Of a DNA stretch of 64,000 nucleotides, positions 30,530-39,958 are shown one piece after another. Source of the stretch: an uncultured Candidatus Rokubacteria bacterium (GTDB lineage: Bacteria > Methylomirabilota > Methylomirabilia > Rokubacteriales > DASRDR01). The notes beneath the pieces are model-generated. The model saw only the letters and a program-made list of their open reading frames with translations, did not search any database and had not been told where the DNA came from. The stretch lies in assembly GCA_963708025.1 (NCBI GenBank), contig CAVPSB010000023.1, positions 98,000 through 161,999 of the forward strand. Reading direction: 5' to 3'. The stretch's first letter is position 1. Each line of letters starts with the position of its first letter. A program made the position numbers and the translations under genes.

Positions 30530-33379
30530 ATGCCCGAGCATATCGGCAAGTACCGCATCGTCGAGCGGATCGGTCGCGGGGGTATGGGGACGGTCTACAA
30601 GGCCCACGATCCCGTCCTCGACCGCATGGTCGCCCTCAAGGTCATCTCCAGCGAGGGCGACGTCACCGAGGAGCTGAAGGCCCGGTTCTATCGCGAGGCC
30701 CAGGCCTGCGCCAAGCTCAACCACCCGAACATCGTGGTGGTCCACGACCTGGGCGAAGACAGTGGCCAGCTCTTCATCGTCATGGAGTTCCTGGACGGGC
30801 AGGAGCTGAAGTACCTGATCGAGCGGCAGCGGCTCTCGCTCGAGGAGAAGCTGTCGTTGATGGTCCAGGTGTGTGACGGCTTCCACTTCGCCCACCAGAA
30901 GGGCATCATTCACCGGGACATCAAGCCCGGCAACATCTTCGTCCTCCGCAACGGCCAGGTGAAGATCCTCGACTTCGGCATCGCCCGGATCGCGGCCGGT
31001 ACCGACCCCGGCCTCACGCGGACGGGGCTCATCATGGGCACGCTCCGCTACATGTCACCGGAGCAGGCGCGGGGCCGCGTCGACCACCGCTCGGACATCT
31101 TCTCCATCGGCGCCGTCTTCTACGAGCTGCTCGGCGGCCGGCCGGTCTTCGACAGCCCGGACCCCATGGAGATCCTCGAGAAGATCCGGTCCGAGCAGCC
31201 GGTTCCTCTCGTCGAGCTGGACTCGACGATCCCGCCCGGCCTGGCCAGCCTCGTCGAGCGGGCAATCCGCAAGGATCCGGCGCAGCGCTTTCCCGACCTC
31301 GGCCAGATGCGGGCGCAGCTCGAGGGTGTGCGCCGGGGTTTCACCAACGAGGGCGATCGCCTGCAGGAACAGGTGGGCGAACAGTTCGATCGGCTCCGCG
31401 AGCTCCGGGCGACGCTCGAGCGCCTGCTGGGCCGGTCGCTCGACGACGAGACGACGCCGCTGCTCCCCGACAGCGCCGGGCTCGACGAGCTGAGGACGCT
31501 GTCCGAGGCGTTGGCCGGCCGGATCGAGGACGTGGAAGCCCGCGTCTTCCAGGCCGAGGCCCTCGAGTCGCACATCGCCCGGGGCCAGGAGCTGCTGCGT
31601 GCCGGCGACCCATCCGCGGCCGCCGAGGAGTTCGAGCGGGTCCTGCAGGAGGCCCCGGAGCACGTTCGGGCGCAGGAGGGCCTCCGCCAGGCCCGGAGCA
31701 CGGCGGCCGCGCCCGTGGTGCGGAGCGCGGGACCGGCCGCCACGAAGGCGCCGGAGCCAGCCCTGCCGAAGGCGCCCGAGCCCGTGCTACCGAAGGCGCC
31801 CGAGGGCCCCCGCCCGGCCGCGCCGGCGGTCCGGGCCCCGAGCCGATCGGCCCCGCCGCCGGCGCCCGACGCGCCGATGAGGGACGCTCCGGCGCCGCGC
31901 TCCCGGCCAGGTGGACGCGGCCTCGTCGCGGCGGGCGTCCTGGGCGCGCTGGTCGTGCTCGGATTCGGAGTCTATTTCTTCTATCCGTCGGCGCCCCCGA
32001 CACCGGCCCCGATGGTCGTCGCGCCGACGCCGATCCCGGCGCCCGCTCCGACCCCGGCCCTGCCCGCGCCGGGCGCCCCCGGCCGCGAGGCGGCCGAGAA
32101 TCTCCGGAAGCTCGCCGTGACGTCGCGGGAGGCGGCGACGAGGCTGGAGGCGGAACGGCTGGCGCCCACGCTCTGGGCGTCGGCGGTCGCCAAGGAACGC
32201 GAGGCGGACCGGGCCTTCGGCCAGCAGGCGTTCCCGCAGGCGGAGGCGGCGTACAAGGACGCCCAGCGGGGGTACGAGCAAGCCGCCGTCCAGGCGCAGG
32301 AGGCCGTCGTCCTGGTGGCCAAGGAGTTCGAGGCGCGCAAGGTCCAGGAGCGCGCCCAGGAGGCGCGACAGGGAGCCGAGCAGGCCGAGGCGCCGAAGCT
32401 CGCGCCTCCGCAGTGGGCCAGGGCGACCGGGATCGAGCGCGACGCCGAGGCGGCCCTCAAGCGCCGGGAGTTCGACCGCGCGAAGACCCTGTGGGGCCAG
32501 GCCGAGGAGGCGTATCGGCGGGCCGAAGCCGAGGCCCGGCAGAAGGCCACAGCGGCGCTCCCCCCGCCCAAGGCGGTACCCGCGCCCACCCCGGCGCCGG
32601 ACACCTCGGCCGCCCGGCAGGCGGTCGAGCGCGCCCGCGCTGCGGTGGTGTCGAACCGGGAGCAGGCGCTGCGGAGCGGAGCCGACCGGCTGGCCAAAGA
32701 GGTGATCGACGTGGCCCGCGCGAAGGAGGCCGAGGCCTCCGCCCTCGAGGGGCAACAGCAGTTCGCCGCCGCCACCCAGGCCTACCAGGACGCCGCCCAG
32801 CGCTACGGGGAGGCGGTGAGCCGGGCCCGGGTCGCGCGCGTGGCCCAGAGTGAGGCCGACCAGGCGCGGGGGCGCATGCTCGCCGAGAAGCAGCGGGCGC
32901 GCCCCGACGCCTGGGATTTCCGGGCGGGTGTCGAGGAAGAGCAGAAGGGTGATGCCAGCTACGAGGCCGCGGCCTTCAAGGAGGCGGCGGCCCACTTCCG
33001 GGTCGCTCGTGGCCTCTTCGCTCGGGCCGTCGGCACCGCCGCCGATGCCCCCCCCGCCGGCGGCGATCCGCGGGCCGAGATCCGCGCCGTGCTGGACAGC
33101 TACCGGCAGGCGATCGAGCGGAAGGACACGGCACTGCTCCAGAAGGTGCGGCCGGGCCTGAACCCGGCCGACATCCGCGCCTCCTTCGACCAGACCAAGA
33201 GCCACCAGGTGGAGCTGGCCATCCAGAGCATCGACGTCAACGGGGACCAGGCCGAGGCCAAGGGCCGTCGGCGCGACGTCGTCGTCCAGCCCGACGGCCG
33301 GACCTTCCGCAACGAGTCGGCGTTCGCGTTCAAGCTCCGGCGGATCCCGGGGGGCTGGGTGATCGACGCGGTCAACTAG
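30530..33379 (+). CDS. Hanks-type membrane Ser/Thr protein kinase with extracytoplasmic helical repeats and C-terminal NTF2-like domain
   Basis: IGRGGMGTVY, VALK, HRDIKPGN, DFG, YMSPEQ; Pro-rich linker; TM GVLGALVVLGFGVYFF; repeated Ala/Glu-rich helical units. Confidence 0.92.
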   Translation: MPEHIGKYRIVERIGRGGMGTVYKAHDPVLDRMVALKVISSEGDVTEELKARFYREAQACAKLNHPNIVVVHDLGEDSGQLFIVMEFLDGQELKYLIERQRLSLEEKLSLMVQVCDGFHFAHQKGIIHRDIKPGNIFVLRNGQVKILDFGIARIAAGTDPGLTRTGLIMGTLRYMSPEQARGRVDHRSDIFSIGAVFYELLGGRPVFDSPDPMEILEKIRSEQPVPLVELDSTIPPGLASLVERAIRKDPAQRFPDLGQMRAQLEGVRRGFTNEGDRLQEQVGEQFDRLRELRATLERLLGRSLDDETTPLLPDSAGLDELRTLSEALAGRIEDVEARVFQAEALESHIARGQELLRAGDPSAAAEEFERVLQEAPEHVRAQEGLRQARSTAAAPVVRSAGPAATKAPEPALPKAPEPVLPKAPEGPRPAAPAVRAPSRSAPPPAPDAPMRDAPAPRSRPGGRGLVAAGVLGALVVLGFGVYFFYPSAPPTPAPMVVAPTPIPAPAPTPALPAPGAPGREAAENLRKLAVTSREAATRLEAERLAPTLWASAVAKEREADRAFGQQAFPQAEAAYKDAQRGYEQAAVQAQEAVVLVAKEFEARKVQERAQEARQGAEQAEAPKLAPPQWARATGIERDAEAALKRREFDRAKTLWGQAEEAYRRAEAEARQKATAALPPPKAVPAPTPAPDTSAARQAVERARAAVVSNREQALRSGADRLAKEVIDVARAKEAEASALEGQQQFAAATQAYQDAAQRYGEAVSRARVARVAQSEADQARGRMLAEKQRARPDAWDFRAGVEEEQKGDASYEAAAFKEAAAHFRVARGLFARAVGTAADAPPAGGDPRAEIRAVLDSYRQAIERKDTALLQKVRPGLNPADIRASFDQTKSHQVELAIQSIDVNGDQAEAKGRRRDVVVQPDGRTFRNESAFAFKLRRIPGGWVIDAVN

Positions 33380-33381
33380 GC

Positions 33382-33604
33382 GGCAGGGCCGATGAGCGTC
33401 GCAACGTTCATCTCGGTCGGGACGCGCTCGGCCTGCGGCCTCGCGTCCGTCCCGACCTATGGTCGTCCTCGGTCGTCGCCGATCCTCGGCGTACTCGGAG
33501 TACGCCTGCGGTCGGCGACTCCCTGCGTCCTTCGGACGGCCTTCGGCCTGTGGGCGCTGCTCGCTCCTCGGCCCTGCCGTGCGATGCTCGTCATTTGGCC
33601 CCGC
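33382..33604. repeat. Family A repeat, copy between convergent genes
   Basis: Core nearly identical to 1847-2077; imperfect terminal inverted repeats GGGCCGATGAGCGTCGCA / TGCGATGCTCGTCATTTGGCCC. Confidence 0.9.
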
Positions 33605-33606
33605 GC

Positions 33607-34434
33607 TTAGCGGCTCGAGCAGGACAAATCACCGTCGGGCGCAATCAGTGTCGTGATCGCGGGGAACCTGGCGGCCGGGTGATCGCGAAGTCGCGTCAGC
33701 CATTCCTCCACGAACTTCCAGGAGTCCGGCGTCATGTCCCGGTGATGCGTCAGGAGGCCGGTCGGCTCGGTCGGGTCCACCCGCCCCTCGCGACGCGCGA
33801 CCAGGTGATCGCGGAGCCGCTCGAGCGTGGCGGCGCAGCCCGCGAACCGCTTGCCGTCGCGCCAGAGGACGGGGTCGGCATGGCAGTTGAGGCGCTGGAG
33901 GCCGGGCGCGGACTCTCGCGGGTCACGGGGCCCGAAGGCGGAGAGCGCGCGATAGCCGGCCGCGGGCAGTCCCGCCAGGACCGTGGGCGCGATCCGGTTC
34001 CAGGGGGGCACGAAGACGGGAAGCAGGCGGGCGCTCACGGCGGTCGAGAGCCGGTCCCACCCGGCCGCCGCTTCGGCGAGGACGACGGCCGGTGGGCGGG
34101 CCGCCCCGCACTCGGCGGGCTTCGGTTTCCCGGCGCCGGGGGACGACGCCGTCTCGTGGTTCGCGTGAGCCCACCCGTGCTGGAGCACGGCGACGTGGTG
34201 GGGCGCGTCGCGAAGTGCCCCCGCGACCTCCGGCGTGAGCCAGGCCGGCACGACCGCGAGCCCGAGCGGCTGTCCGGTCTTCGCCGTCAGCGCCACGAGC
34301 TGCTCGAAGCCGGGATGGGGGCGGCCGGTGTCGTCATCGCGCCACCAGAACGTCGCCACGCGTCCCGCGTCCTGCCAGGCGCGGAGCTCCCCCGCGAAGG
34401 CGGCCCAGGCGGCCTCGTCCCACGCCGCGGTCAT
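33607..34434 (-). CDS. Polysaccharide deacetylase-family protein
   Basis: FWWRDDD, LAVVP, LQHGWAHANH, FVPPWNRI, GLLTHH. Confidence 0.8.
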   Translation of the reverse strand: MTAAWDEAAWAAFAGELRAWQDAGRVATFWWRDDDTGRPHPGFEQLVALTAKTGQPLGLAVVPAWLTPEVAGALRDAPHHVAVLQHGWAHANHETASSPGAGKPKPAECGAARPPAVVLAEAAAGWDRLSTAVSARLLPVFVPPWNRIAPTVLAGLPAAGYRALSAFGPRDPRESAPGLQRLNCHADPVLWRDGKRFAGCAATLERLRDHLVARREGRVDPTEPTGLLTHHRDMTPDSWKFVEEWLTRLRDHPAARFPAITTLIAPDGDLSCSSR

Positions 34435-34442
34435 GGCAGGAG

Positions 34443-34549
34443 CTCGGAACCCCCAGGTGGGGGGGGTCCCGGGGGGGGACCGCCGGAGGGGCGGGACGCA
34501 CCGAGGCGTCCTGGCGACCCGAAGGTTGGGACTCCCCCCCCCGTGGAAC
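34443..34549. repeat. Family C repeat filling the divergent intergenic gap
   Basis: ACCCCCAGGTGGGGGGG...GGTTGGGACTCCCCCCCC. Confidence 0.8.
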
Positions 34550-34550
34550 G

Positions 34551-35060
34551 ATGAGCCGGCTGGATTCGCACATCCGCCAGAAGATCGCCCAGCGGGATGC
34601 CATCGACCTTGCCGCCCGCTGGCTCGGCGACCGCGAGGGCCTGATCGTCGAGTTCGGCCTCGGCACCGGCCGCTCGTACTCGCACCTGGCCGAGCGCTTC
34701 CCGGGCCGCGAGATCTTCTGCTTCGACCGCCGTGACGTGGCGCACCCGCGCTCGCGGCCCCCGGCCGACCACTTCTACATCGGGGAGCTGTCGGCGGTGC
34801 TGGCCGACCCCGCGCTCCACCACCGCTTCGTGCGGCGAGTGCTGCTGCTGCACCTCGACCTCGGCTCCGGTGGACCGGAGGACGAGACCGTGCCCGAGCT
34901 CGTGGTCGAGCGAACCCATGGCTGGCTCGCCCCGGGCGCGGTCGTGCTCAGCGACCAGGAGCTGACGCTGGCCACCGCGTGGCGCCTCGACCCGGTCGAC
35001 ACCCGCGGTCAGGTCCAGCACACCGACCGCTACCACGTCTACCGGCGTCCTGAAGGCTGA
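34551..35060 (+). CDS. Putative class I SAM-dependent methyltransferase (Methyltransf_17-like)
   Basis: MSRLDSHIR...AQR, VEFGLGTGRSYSHL, FDR, HLDLGSG, VLSDQ. Confidence 0.75.
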   Translation: MSRLDSHIRQKIAQRDAIDLAARWLGDREGLIVEFGLGTGRSYSHLAERFPGREIFCFDRRDVAHPRSRPPADHFYIGELSAVLADPALHHRFVRRVLLLHLDLGSGGPEDETVPELVVERTHGWLAPGAVVLSDQELTLATAWRLDPVDTRGQVQHTDRYHVYRRPEG

Positions 35061-36415
35061 CCGGCGCGCGCGGCGGCGACGGGCCCCACCAGCGCGCCCA
35101 GGAGCTCGGCCGACCGCCGGGCGCCATCGAGGTCCAGCTTCACCGGCGCCGGGAAGTCGGACCGCGAAAGCCCCGACTCGATGGCGGCGGCGAGCCGGGC
35201 CGGCGACAGCTCTCCGGCGGGGACGACGATCAGCACGCCGCGCTCGGCGAGGAGCCGGGCGCGGAGCGGCTGCTCGTCGCCGCTTCCCTCGTACGGGACC
35301 ACCACCGCCCGGACCCTGGCCCGCACGACGTCGAGCACAGTGTTGTAGCCGGCCTGGCTCACGGAGAGGGCGGCCCCGCGAAGGCGGTCCGGGAAGTCGT
35401 CGCGAAACGTCTCCACCACGATCGGCGGCCGGCCGGCGCCGCGCGCCTCCGCCTCGAGCGCGGCCCGCTCCTCCGCCGGGAGGTACGGTCCGGTGACGAG
35501 CCGCCACGGCCGCGTCGCCGCCGTGGGCGCCAGCGCGCGGGCGGCCAGCGCCGCGCGAAAGAGCGGACCGGCCACCCGGCCGCCGCCCCCGGAGACCAGC
35601 ACCTCCCCGGTCGAGGCCTCCGCCAGGGATGTCGGCGCCTCGGCCGCAACGTAGCCCGTGTAGACGAGACGGCCGCCCAGGCGGCCGGCCAGCCCGAAGG
35701 TCCGTTCGAGCGAGATCAGGTCGGGGCTGCCGTGGACGAGGACGCAATCGACGAAGCGTTCGACGACTCCCAGCACGGCCAGCTCGTACCACGGCTGGTT
35801 CGTCTTGCTGACCACGATGTCGCGCAGGCTCACCGCGACCCGCGCGGCGGCCGGCCCCCGGCGGGCGCGATCGTCGGCGAGGGCCAGCAGCAGCGGTCCG
35901 AGCTCGAAGGCGAGGGTGTGGCGGCCGAAAGGAAACAGCTCGAGGAGCACTAGGGCGGGGTCGTGCTCGACGAGCAGCGCGCGCAGGCGCGCCGCCCGCG
36001 CCTCGAGGTACGCGGCGTCCGGCGCGCCGCCCCCGGGTAACGCGAGGCGGCTCGCCGCCTCGTCGGCCGCGACGAGCGGGGGCAGCGCGACGGGCTCGGC
36101 GCCGCCCGTGTCCAGACCGGGGACGGGTAGCCCCCCGCTGACGAAGAGGACCCGCTCGCCCGCCGCAACGAGCGCGCGGGCCACCCGGGCCGACCGCTGG
36201 GCGTGTCCGAGCCCCAGCAGATGCTGGCAGTAGAACAGAACCGGGGGCCGGAATTTTCCGACAGGGGAGGAGTCCCAACCGTCGTCTCGTCGCGACGCGC
36301 TCGGCCTCCGGCTGTTCGACGGCCTTCGGCCTTTGGGCGCCCGTCGCGCCCTTCCGGGGGTCCCCCCCTGGCCCCCCCCACCTGGGGGTCTCTCGTCCTT
36401 GGGGCGCGGCTCCAC
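35039..36415 (-). CDS. Glycosyltransferase (GT28 C-terminal-like) with repeat-derived N-terminal insert
   Basis: YCQHLLGLGH, ELFPFGR, VSGGGG, SQAGYNT, EQ..RA; the nearest in-frame start upstream of the conserved domain is GTG 36415. Confidence 0.8.
   Translation of the reverse strand: MEPRPKDERPPGGGGQGGTPGRARRAPKGRRPSNSRRPSASRRDDGWDSSPVGKFRPPVLFYCQHLLGLGHAQRSARVARALVAAGERVLFVSGGLPVPGLDTGGAEPVALPPLVAADEAASRLALPGGGAPDAAYLEARAARLRALLVEHDPALVLLELFPFGRHTLAFELGPLLLALADDRARRGPAAARVAVSLRDIVVSKTNQPWYELAVLGVVERFVDCVLVHGSPDLISLERTFGLAGRLGGRLVYTGYVAAEAPTSLAEASTGEVLVSGGGGRVAGPLFRAALAARALAPTAATRPWRLVTGPYLPAEERAALEAEARGAGRPPIVVETFRDDFPDRLRGAALSVSQAGYNTVLDVVRARVRAVVVPYEGSGDEQPLRARLLAERGVLIVVPAGELSPARLAAAIESGLSRSDFPAPVKLDLDGARRSAELLGALVGPVAAARAGQPSGRR
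36255..36399. repeat. Family C repeat lying inside the glycosyltransferase reading frame
   Basis: Reverse complement matches 34443-34549; also carries the GACGGCCTTCGGCCT module. Confidence 0.8.
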
Positions 36416-36417
36416 AG

Positions 36418-37020
36418 TCAATCGGGCACCAGCGGCTCGTTGAGGGTCACGAGCTGGAGCCGGCCGTCGGCGCGCCGCCGGATCCGGTGGAGCCGCTCGG
36501 GCAGGAGCCGCCAGGGCGCGGGCGGGCGGAGGTCCCACCGGATGGCGGCGGCCAGCAGGACGCGGATCACGCCGCCGTGGGTGACCGCCACCCAGGTCTC
36601 GGGCCCTGGCCTCGCCGCCAGCTCGTCCAGCCACGCCCGGGCTCGCGTGAGCACGTCGGCCGGCGACTCGCCAGCCGGGGCTCGACCGTCCCAGCCGGTC
36701 TCTCGGGTGAGGTCATCGATCTCGTCGAAGCCGAGGCCCTGCCAGCCGCCGTAGTCCATCTCGATGAGCCGCGACTCGACCACCGGCGCCACCGCGCCGA
36801 GCCGGCCCGCGGTATCGAACGCGCGCCGGAGCGGGCTCACGGCCCAGCCGAGCCGCCCGTCGGCCTGGAATCGGCTGAGATCCGCGGGTAGCCGCCAGCG
36901 CGCCACTTGGGCCTCGCCCTCCGGGGAGAGCGGGTGATCCGCGCGACCCTGGACGCGGCGCTCGGCGGTCCACGCCGTGGCCGCGTGCCGGACGAGCGCG
37001 ACGAACACCGAGCGGCTCAT
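36418..37020 (-). CDS. Histidine phosphatase (phosphoglycerate mutase-like) family protein
   Basis: LVRHA.T.W, QGRAD.PL, SPLRRA..TA, E.DYGGWQG, GES, VTHGGV. Confidence 0.9.
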   Translation of the reverse strand: MSRSVFVALVRHAATAWTAERRVQGRADHPLSPEGEAQVARWRLPADLSRFQADGRLGWAVSPLRRAFDTAGRLGAVAPVVESRLIEMDYGGWQGLGFDEIDDLTRETGWDGRAPAGESPADVLTRARAWLDELAARPGPETWVAVTHGGVIRVLLAAAIRWDLRPPAPWRLLPERLHRIRRRADGRLQLVTLNEPLVPD

Positions 37021-37032
37021 GAGGCAACCTTC

Positions 37033-37171
37033 CGTTCGGGACCTCCCGCCCACCCGATCCGTTCGAACGGCCTTCGGCCTTTGGCCCCCCTCCCCCACCG
37101 TTGGACGGCCTTCGGCCTTTGGCCGGGGGGAGGGGGGAGCCGGAGCACCCCATTCCTTCACACCCTCTCAG
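37033..37171. repeat. Family B repeat with two GGCCTTCGGCC modules
   Basis: CGTTCGGGACCTCCCGCCCACCC...GGGGAGCCGGAGCACCCCATTCCTTCACACCCTCTCAG; near-identical ends at 39668-39781. Confidence 0.9.
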
Positions 37172-37202
37172 GTCGGACACGGCAGCCTGCGTGGCGGGAG
37201 GC

Positions 37203-38354
37203 TCACGGTAGCCCGAGCCGGCTCAACCCGTCCATCAGCCGGCGCTCGAAGGCCGCCTGGCTACGCTCGGCGACCACGAAGCGTCGGGCCGCCTCGCCGA
37301 GGCCCTGCCGGCGCTCGGGATCGCCGACGAGCGCGGCCAGCCCGGCGGCGAAGGCGGCCGGGCTGGGCTCGGTGAGCACGCTGCCGTCCGGCGCGACCAT
37401 GGCGCTCGGGCCCGGTCCCCGGCACGCCACCACCGGCAGCCCGGCGGCGGCGGCTTCGAGGTAAACCAGGCCGAGCGCCTCGCCGAGCCCGGGGAAGGCG
37501 AGCAGGTCCGCGCCCAGGTAGAAGGGCGGGAGGCACTCCGGTTCCACGGCGCCGACCAGCGTGACCCGCGCGGGCGGTAGTCCCGCGAGCGCGGCCTCCA
37601 CGTCGGCCCGGGCCGGCCCATCGCCGACCACGACGAGTCGCCACGGGCCGGGGAGCTCGGCCAGCGCGGCGGCGAGGAGGCGGTAGGAGTCGAGCTTGTC
37701 GGCGGTCCGCATCATCGCCACGCAGAGGAGGAGGGCGCCGTCGGTCGCGGAGACGCGCGCCGCGAGCGCCGCCCGGTGGTGGGCCCGCGTAACGGTGTCG
37801 GCGTCGAAGCGGACCGGATCGACGGCGGGCGGCAGCAGGACGAAGTGCTCGGCGGCGAAGCGCGCGCCGCGCAGGGTCGCCAGCCGCGGCAGGTCGCGCG
37901 GGCTCATGGCAAACACGAGATCGGCACGGCGGATGGCCTGGCGCGCGGCGCTGACCCACGGGCGAAACGGCGTCCGCCGGCTCTTGCCGGAGACGGCGGT
38001 CTCGACGAGGACGTACGGGATGTCGAGCGCGGTCGCCACGACCGGCCCGACGAGGTCGGGACACCGGTAGTAGTTCTGGTACGTCAGCCAGAAGCGGGGC
38101 CGGTTGACAGGCGCCCGCCGCCGGTAGCGGCGCACGAGCAGGTCGGCCACCAGGGCCGCGCGGCGCTCCAGCCGCTCGGCCTCCGCGGGCTCGAAGCGCC
38201 GGCGCCAGGTCAGGAGCCGGCTGGCCACCTCGGGCGCCAGGCCGCACGCCACCAGCCCCCGAAGGAGGGCGCGCGCGATCTCGCGGTCTCCGGACGCCTC
38301 GGGCTCGAACGGGTGCTTGAGCGGCGTGTAGAAGGCGGCGCGCGGCTCGCTCAC
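37203..38354 (-). CDS. Glycosyltransferase family 4
   Basis: FYTPLK...SGDR, WLTY..YY..PD, VAMMR..DKL.SY, EALGLVYLEAAAAGLPVV (EX7E). Confidence 0.85.
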   Translation of the reverse strand: MSEPRAAFYTPLKHPFEPEASGDREIARALLRGLVACGLAPEVASRLLTWRRRFEPAEAERLERRAALVADLLVRRYRRRAPVNRPRFWLTYQNYYRCPDLVGPVVATALDIPYVLVETAVSGKSRRTPFRPWVSAARQAIRRADLVFAMSPRDLPRLATLRGARFAAEHFVLLPPAVDPVRFDADTVTRAHHRAALAARVSATDGALLLCVAMMRTADKLDSYRLLAAALAELPGPWRLVVVGDGPARADVEAALAGLPPARVTLVGAVEPECLPPFYLGADLLAFPGLGEALGLVYLEAAAAGLPVVACRGPGPSAMVAPDGSVLTEPSPAAFAAGLAALVGDPERRQGLGEAARRFVVAERSQAAFERRLMDGLSRLGLP

Positions 38355-38405
38355 GGGTCTACCCTGGCGTAGGAGACGGCCGGCAGGTTGACCCACCCGG
38401 CCCGC

Positions 38406-39764
38406 TCATGCGGTGACCACCGGCGCCGCGGCCGGGGAATGCGGATGGAGAATCGGATCGAAGAGGGCGACGAGCCGGTCCACGCCGGCCTCGAGGTCCC
38501 AGCCCTCGGCCACGCGCCGGAGCGCCGCCACCCCGAAGCGCCGCCGGGCGGCCGGATCGCCGGCCAGCGCGTTGATCGCGTCGGCCAGCCCGGCTGGGTC
38601 CTCCGGGGGAACGAGCCGGCCGGTCACACCGTCCTCGACGATCTCGCCCAGGGCCGCGACGGCCGTCGCCACGACGGGCAGGCCCTGGGAGAGCGCTTCC
38701 ACGACGACGTTGGGGAGGCCGTCCCGGTCGCCGTCGGGAGCGACCCGAGGCGCCAGCACGAAGAGGTCGGACTCCCGGTAGAGGGCCCGCACGGCCGGCT
38801 GATCGAGCTGGCCGGTCCAGCGGACGCGACCGGCGACGCCCAGCCGCGCGGCCTGCTCCCGGAGGGGGGCCTCGCGCGGCCCGTAGCCGACGACGGTCAG
38901 CACGACGTGGCCGGGGAGGCGGGCGAATGCCTCCAGCAGGACGTCGAAGCCCTTCTTCGGCTGGAACCGGCCCACCGAGAGGAGCCGCACCGGGTGGGCG
39001 GGATCCGATCCGTCCCGGCCGGAGCCGAACGAGGGCGGTGGCGCGAAGAGCCGGCGGTCGAGGCCGTGATAGAGCAGCGCGACCGGCGCACCGGGCGCGA
39101 GCTCGACGAGATATCGCCGGTTCTCGGCCGTGCACGTCACGCAGAAGCGCGCGCCGAGGAGCTTCTCGCGGAGCTCCCAGGCCGGACGCGTCCAGACGTC
39201 CTTCGCGTGGGCCGACAGGCTGTACGGCAGGTCGAGCATCGCGGCGGCGTAGCGGGCCACGGAGGCCGGCGTGTGAAGGAAGTGGGCGTGGAGGAGGCGG
39301 GCACCGGGCGCCAGCTCGGCCGCCAGGACCCCGGCCTGGCCGAAGCGCCGCCCCCGGTTCGGTGTGGGGTCGCGGACGAGGTCACGGAGCCAGAGCCGGA
39401 GGCTCCGCCGGTACCCGACCGGGGACCGGCGCCAGGCGCGCCAGTGCCCGCGCAGCACGCGCAGGGGCGCCTCCACGAGGTACTCCGGCAGATACAGGAG
39501 CGGGGCGCGGATCTCGCGGTGGACCGGGTGCGTCAGGCCGTCATACGGGCGGCGGAGCGACACGATCCGGAGCGCCAGGCCGCGCCGCTCGAGGGCCGCC
39601 AGCTCCTGGGCGACGAAGGTCTCCGAGACGCGCGGGTAACCTTTGACGACGACGACGAGGGGTGTGACGTTCGGGACCTCCCGCCCACCCCCCCACCCCC
39701 CTCCCCTCTTGTTGGACGGCCTTCGGCCCTTGGCCGGGGGGAGGGGGGAGCCGGAGCACGCCAT
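38406..39764 (-). CDS. Glycosyltransferase family 4; current start codon lies inside a family B repeat
   Basis: KGYPRVSETF, HAHFLHTP, SAHAKD, VGR..PKKG, DRDGLPNVVVEA. Confidence 0.88.
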   Translation of the reverse strand: MACSGSPLPPAKGRRPSNKRGGGWGGGREVPNVTPLVVVVKGYPRVSETFVAQELAALERRGLALRIVSLRRPYDGLTHPVHREIRAPLLYLPEYLVEAPLRVLRGHWRAWRRSPVGYRRSLRLWLRDLVRDPTPNRGRRFGQAGVLAAELAPGARLLHAHFLHTPASVARYAAAMLDLPYSLSAHAKDVWTRPAWELREKLLGARFCVTCTAENRRYLVELAPGAPVALLYHGLDRRLFAPPPSFGSGRDGSDPAHPVRLLSVGRFQPKKGFDVLLEAFARLPGHVVLTVVGYGPREAPLREQAARLGVAGRVRWTGQLDQPAVRALYRESDLFVLAPRVAPDGDRDGLPNVVVEALSQGLPVVATAVAALGEIVEDGVTGRLVPPEDPAGLADAINALAGDPAARRRFGVAALRRVAEGWDLEAGVDRLVALFDPILHPHSPAAAPVVTA

Positions 39765-39781
39765 TCCCTCACGCTCTCAGA
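39668..39781. repeat. Family B repeat at the 5' end of the GT4 gene
   Basis: Shares both ends with 37033-37171; GACG occurs at both boundaries (39666-39669 and 39780-39783). Confidence 0.9.
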
Positions 39782-39920
39782 CGCCTGGAGCCATGATCAA
39801 CTGTGAACCAATGCGTGCGGCTCCCAATCCCACCGCCCCTCGGCTTCTCGCAACCCTTTGACTCCTGGCCACGCGGCCGTGGCGTTCCACTTCGAGCCGT
39901 GGCTTTGCCGCGGCCTCTGC

Positions 39921-39954
39921 GGGGGGCTTCGGGGGGTCTTCCGAGACCCCCCCG
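39921..39954. repeat. Family D short hairpin repeat (GGGGGGTCTTCCGAGACCCCCC)
   Basis: Related reverse-oriented copies at 49189-49226 and 52243-52276; each lies just after a stop codon. Confidence 0.75.
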
Positions 39955-39958
39955 ATGA

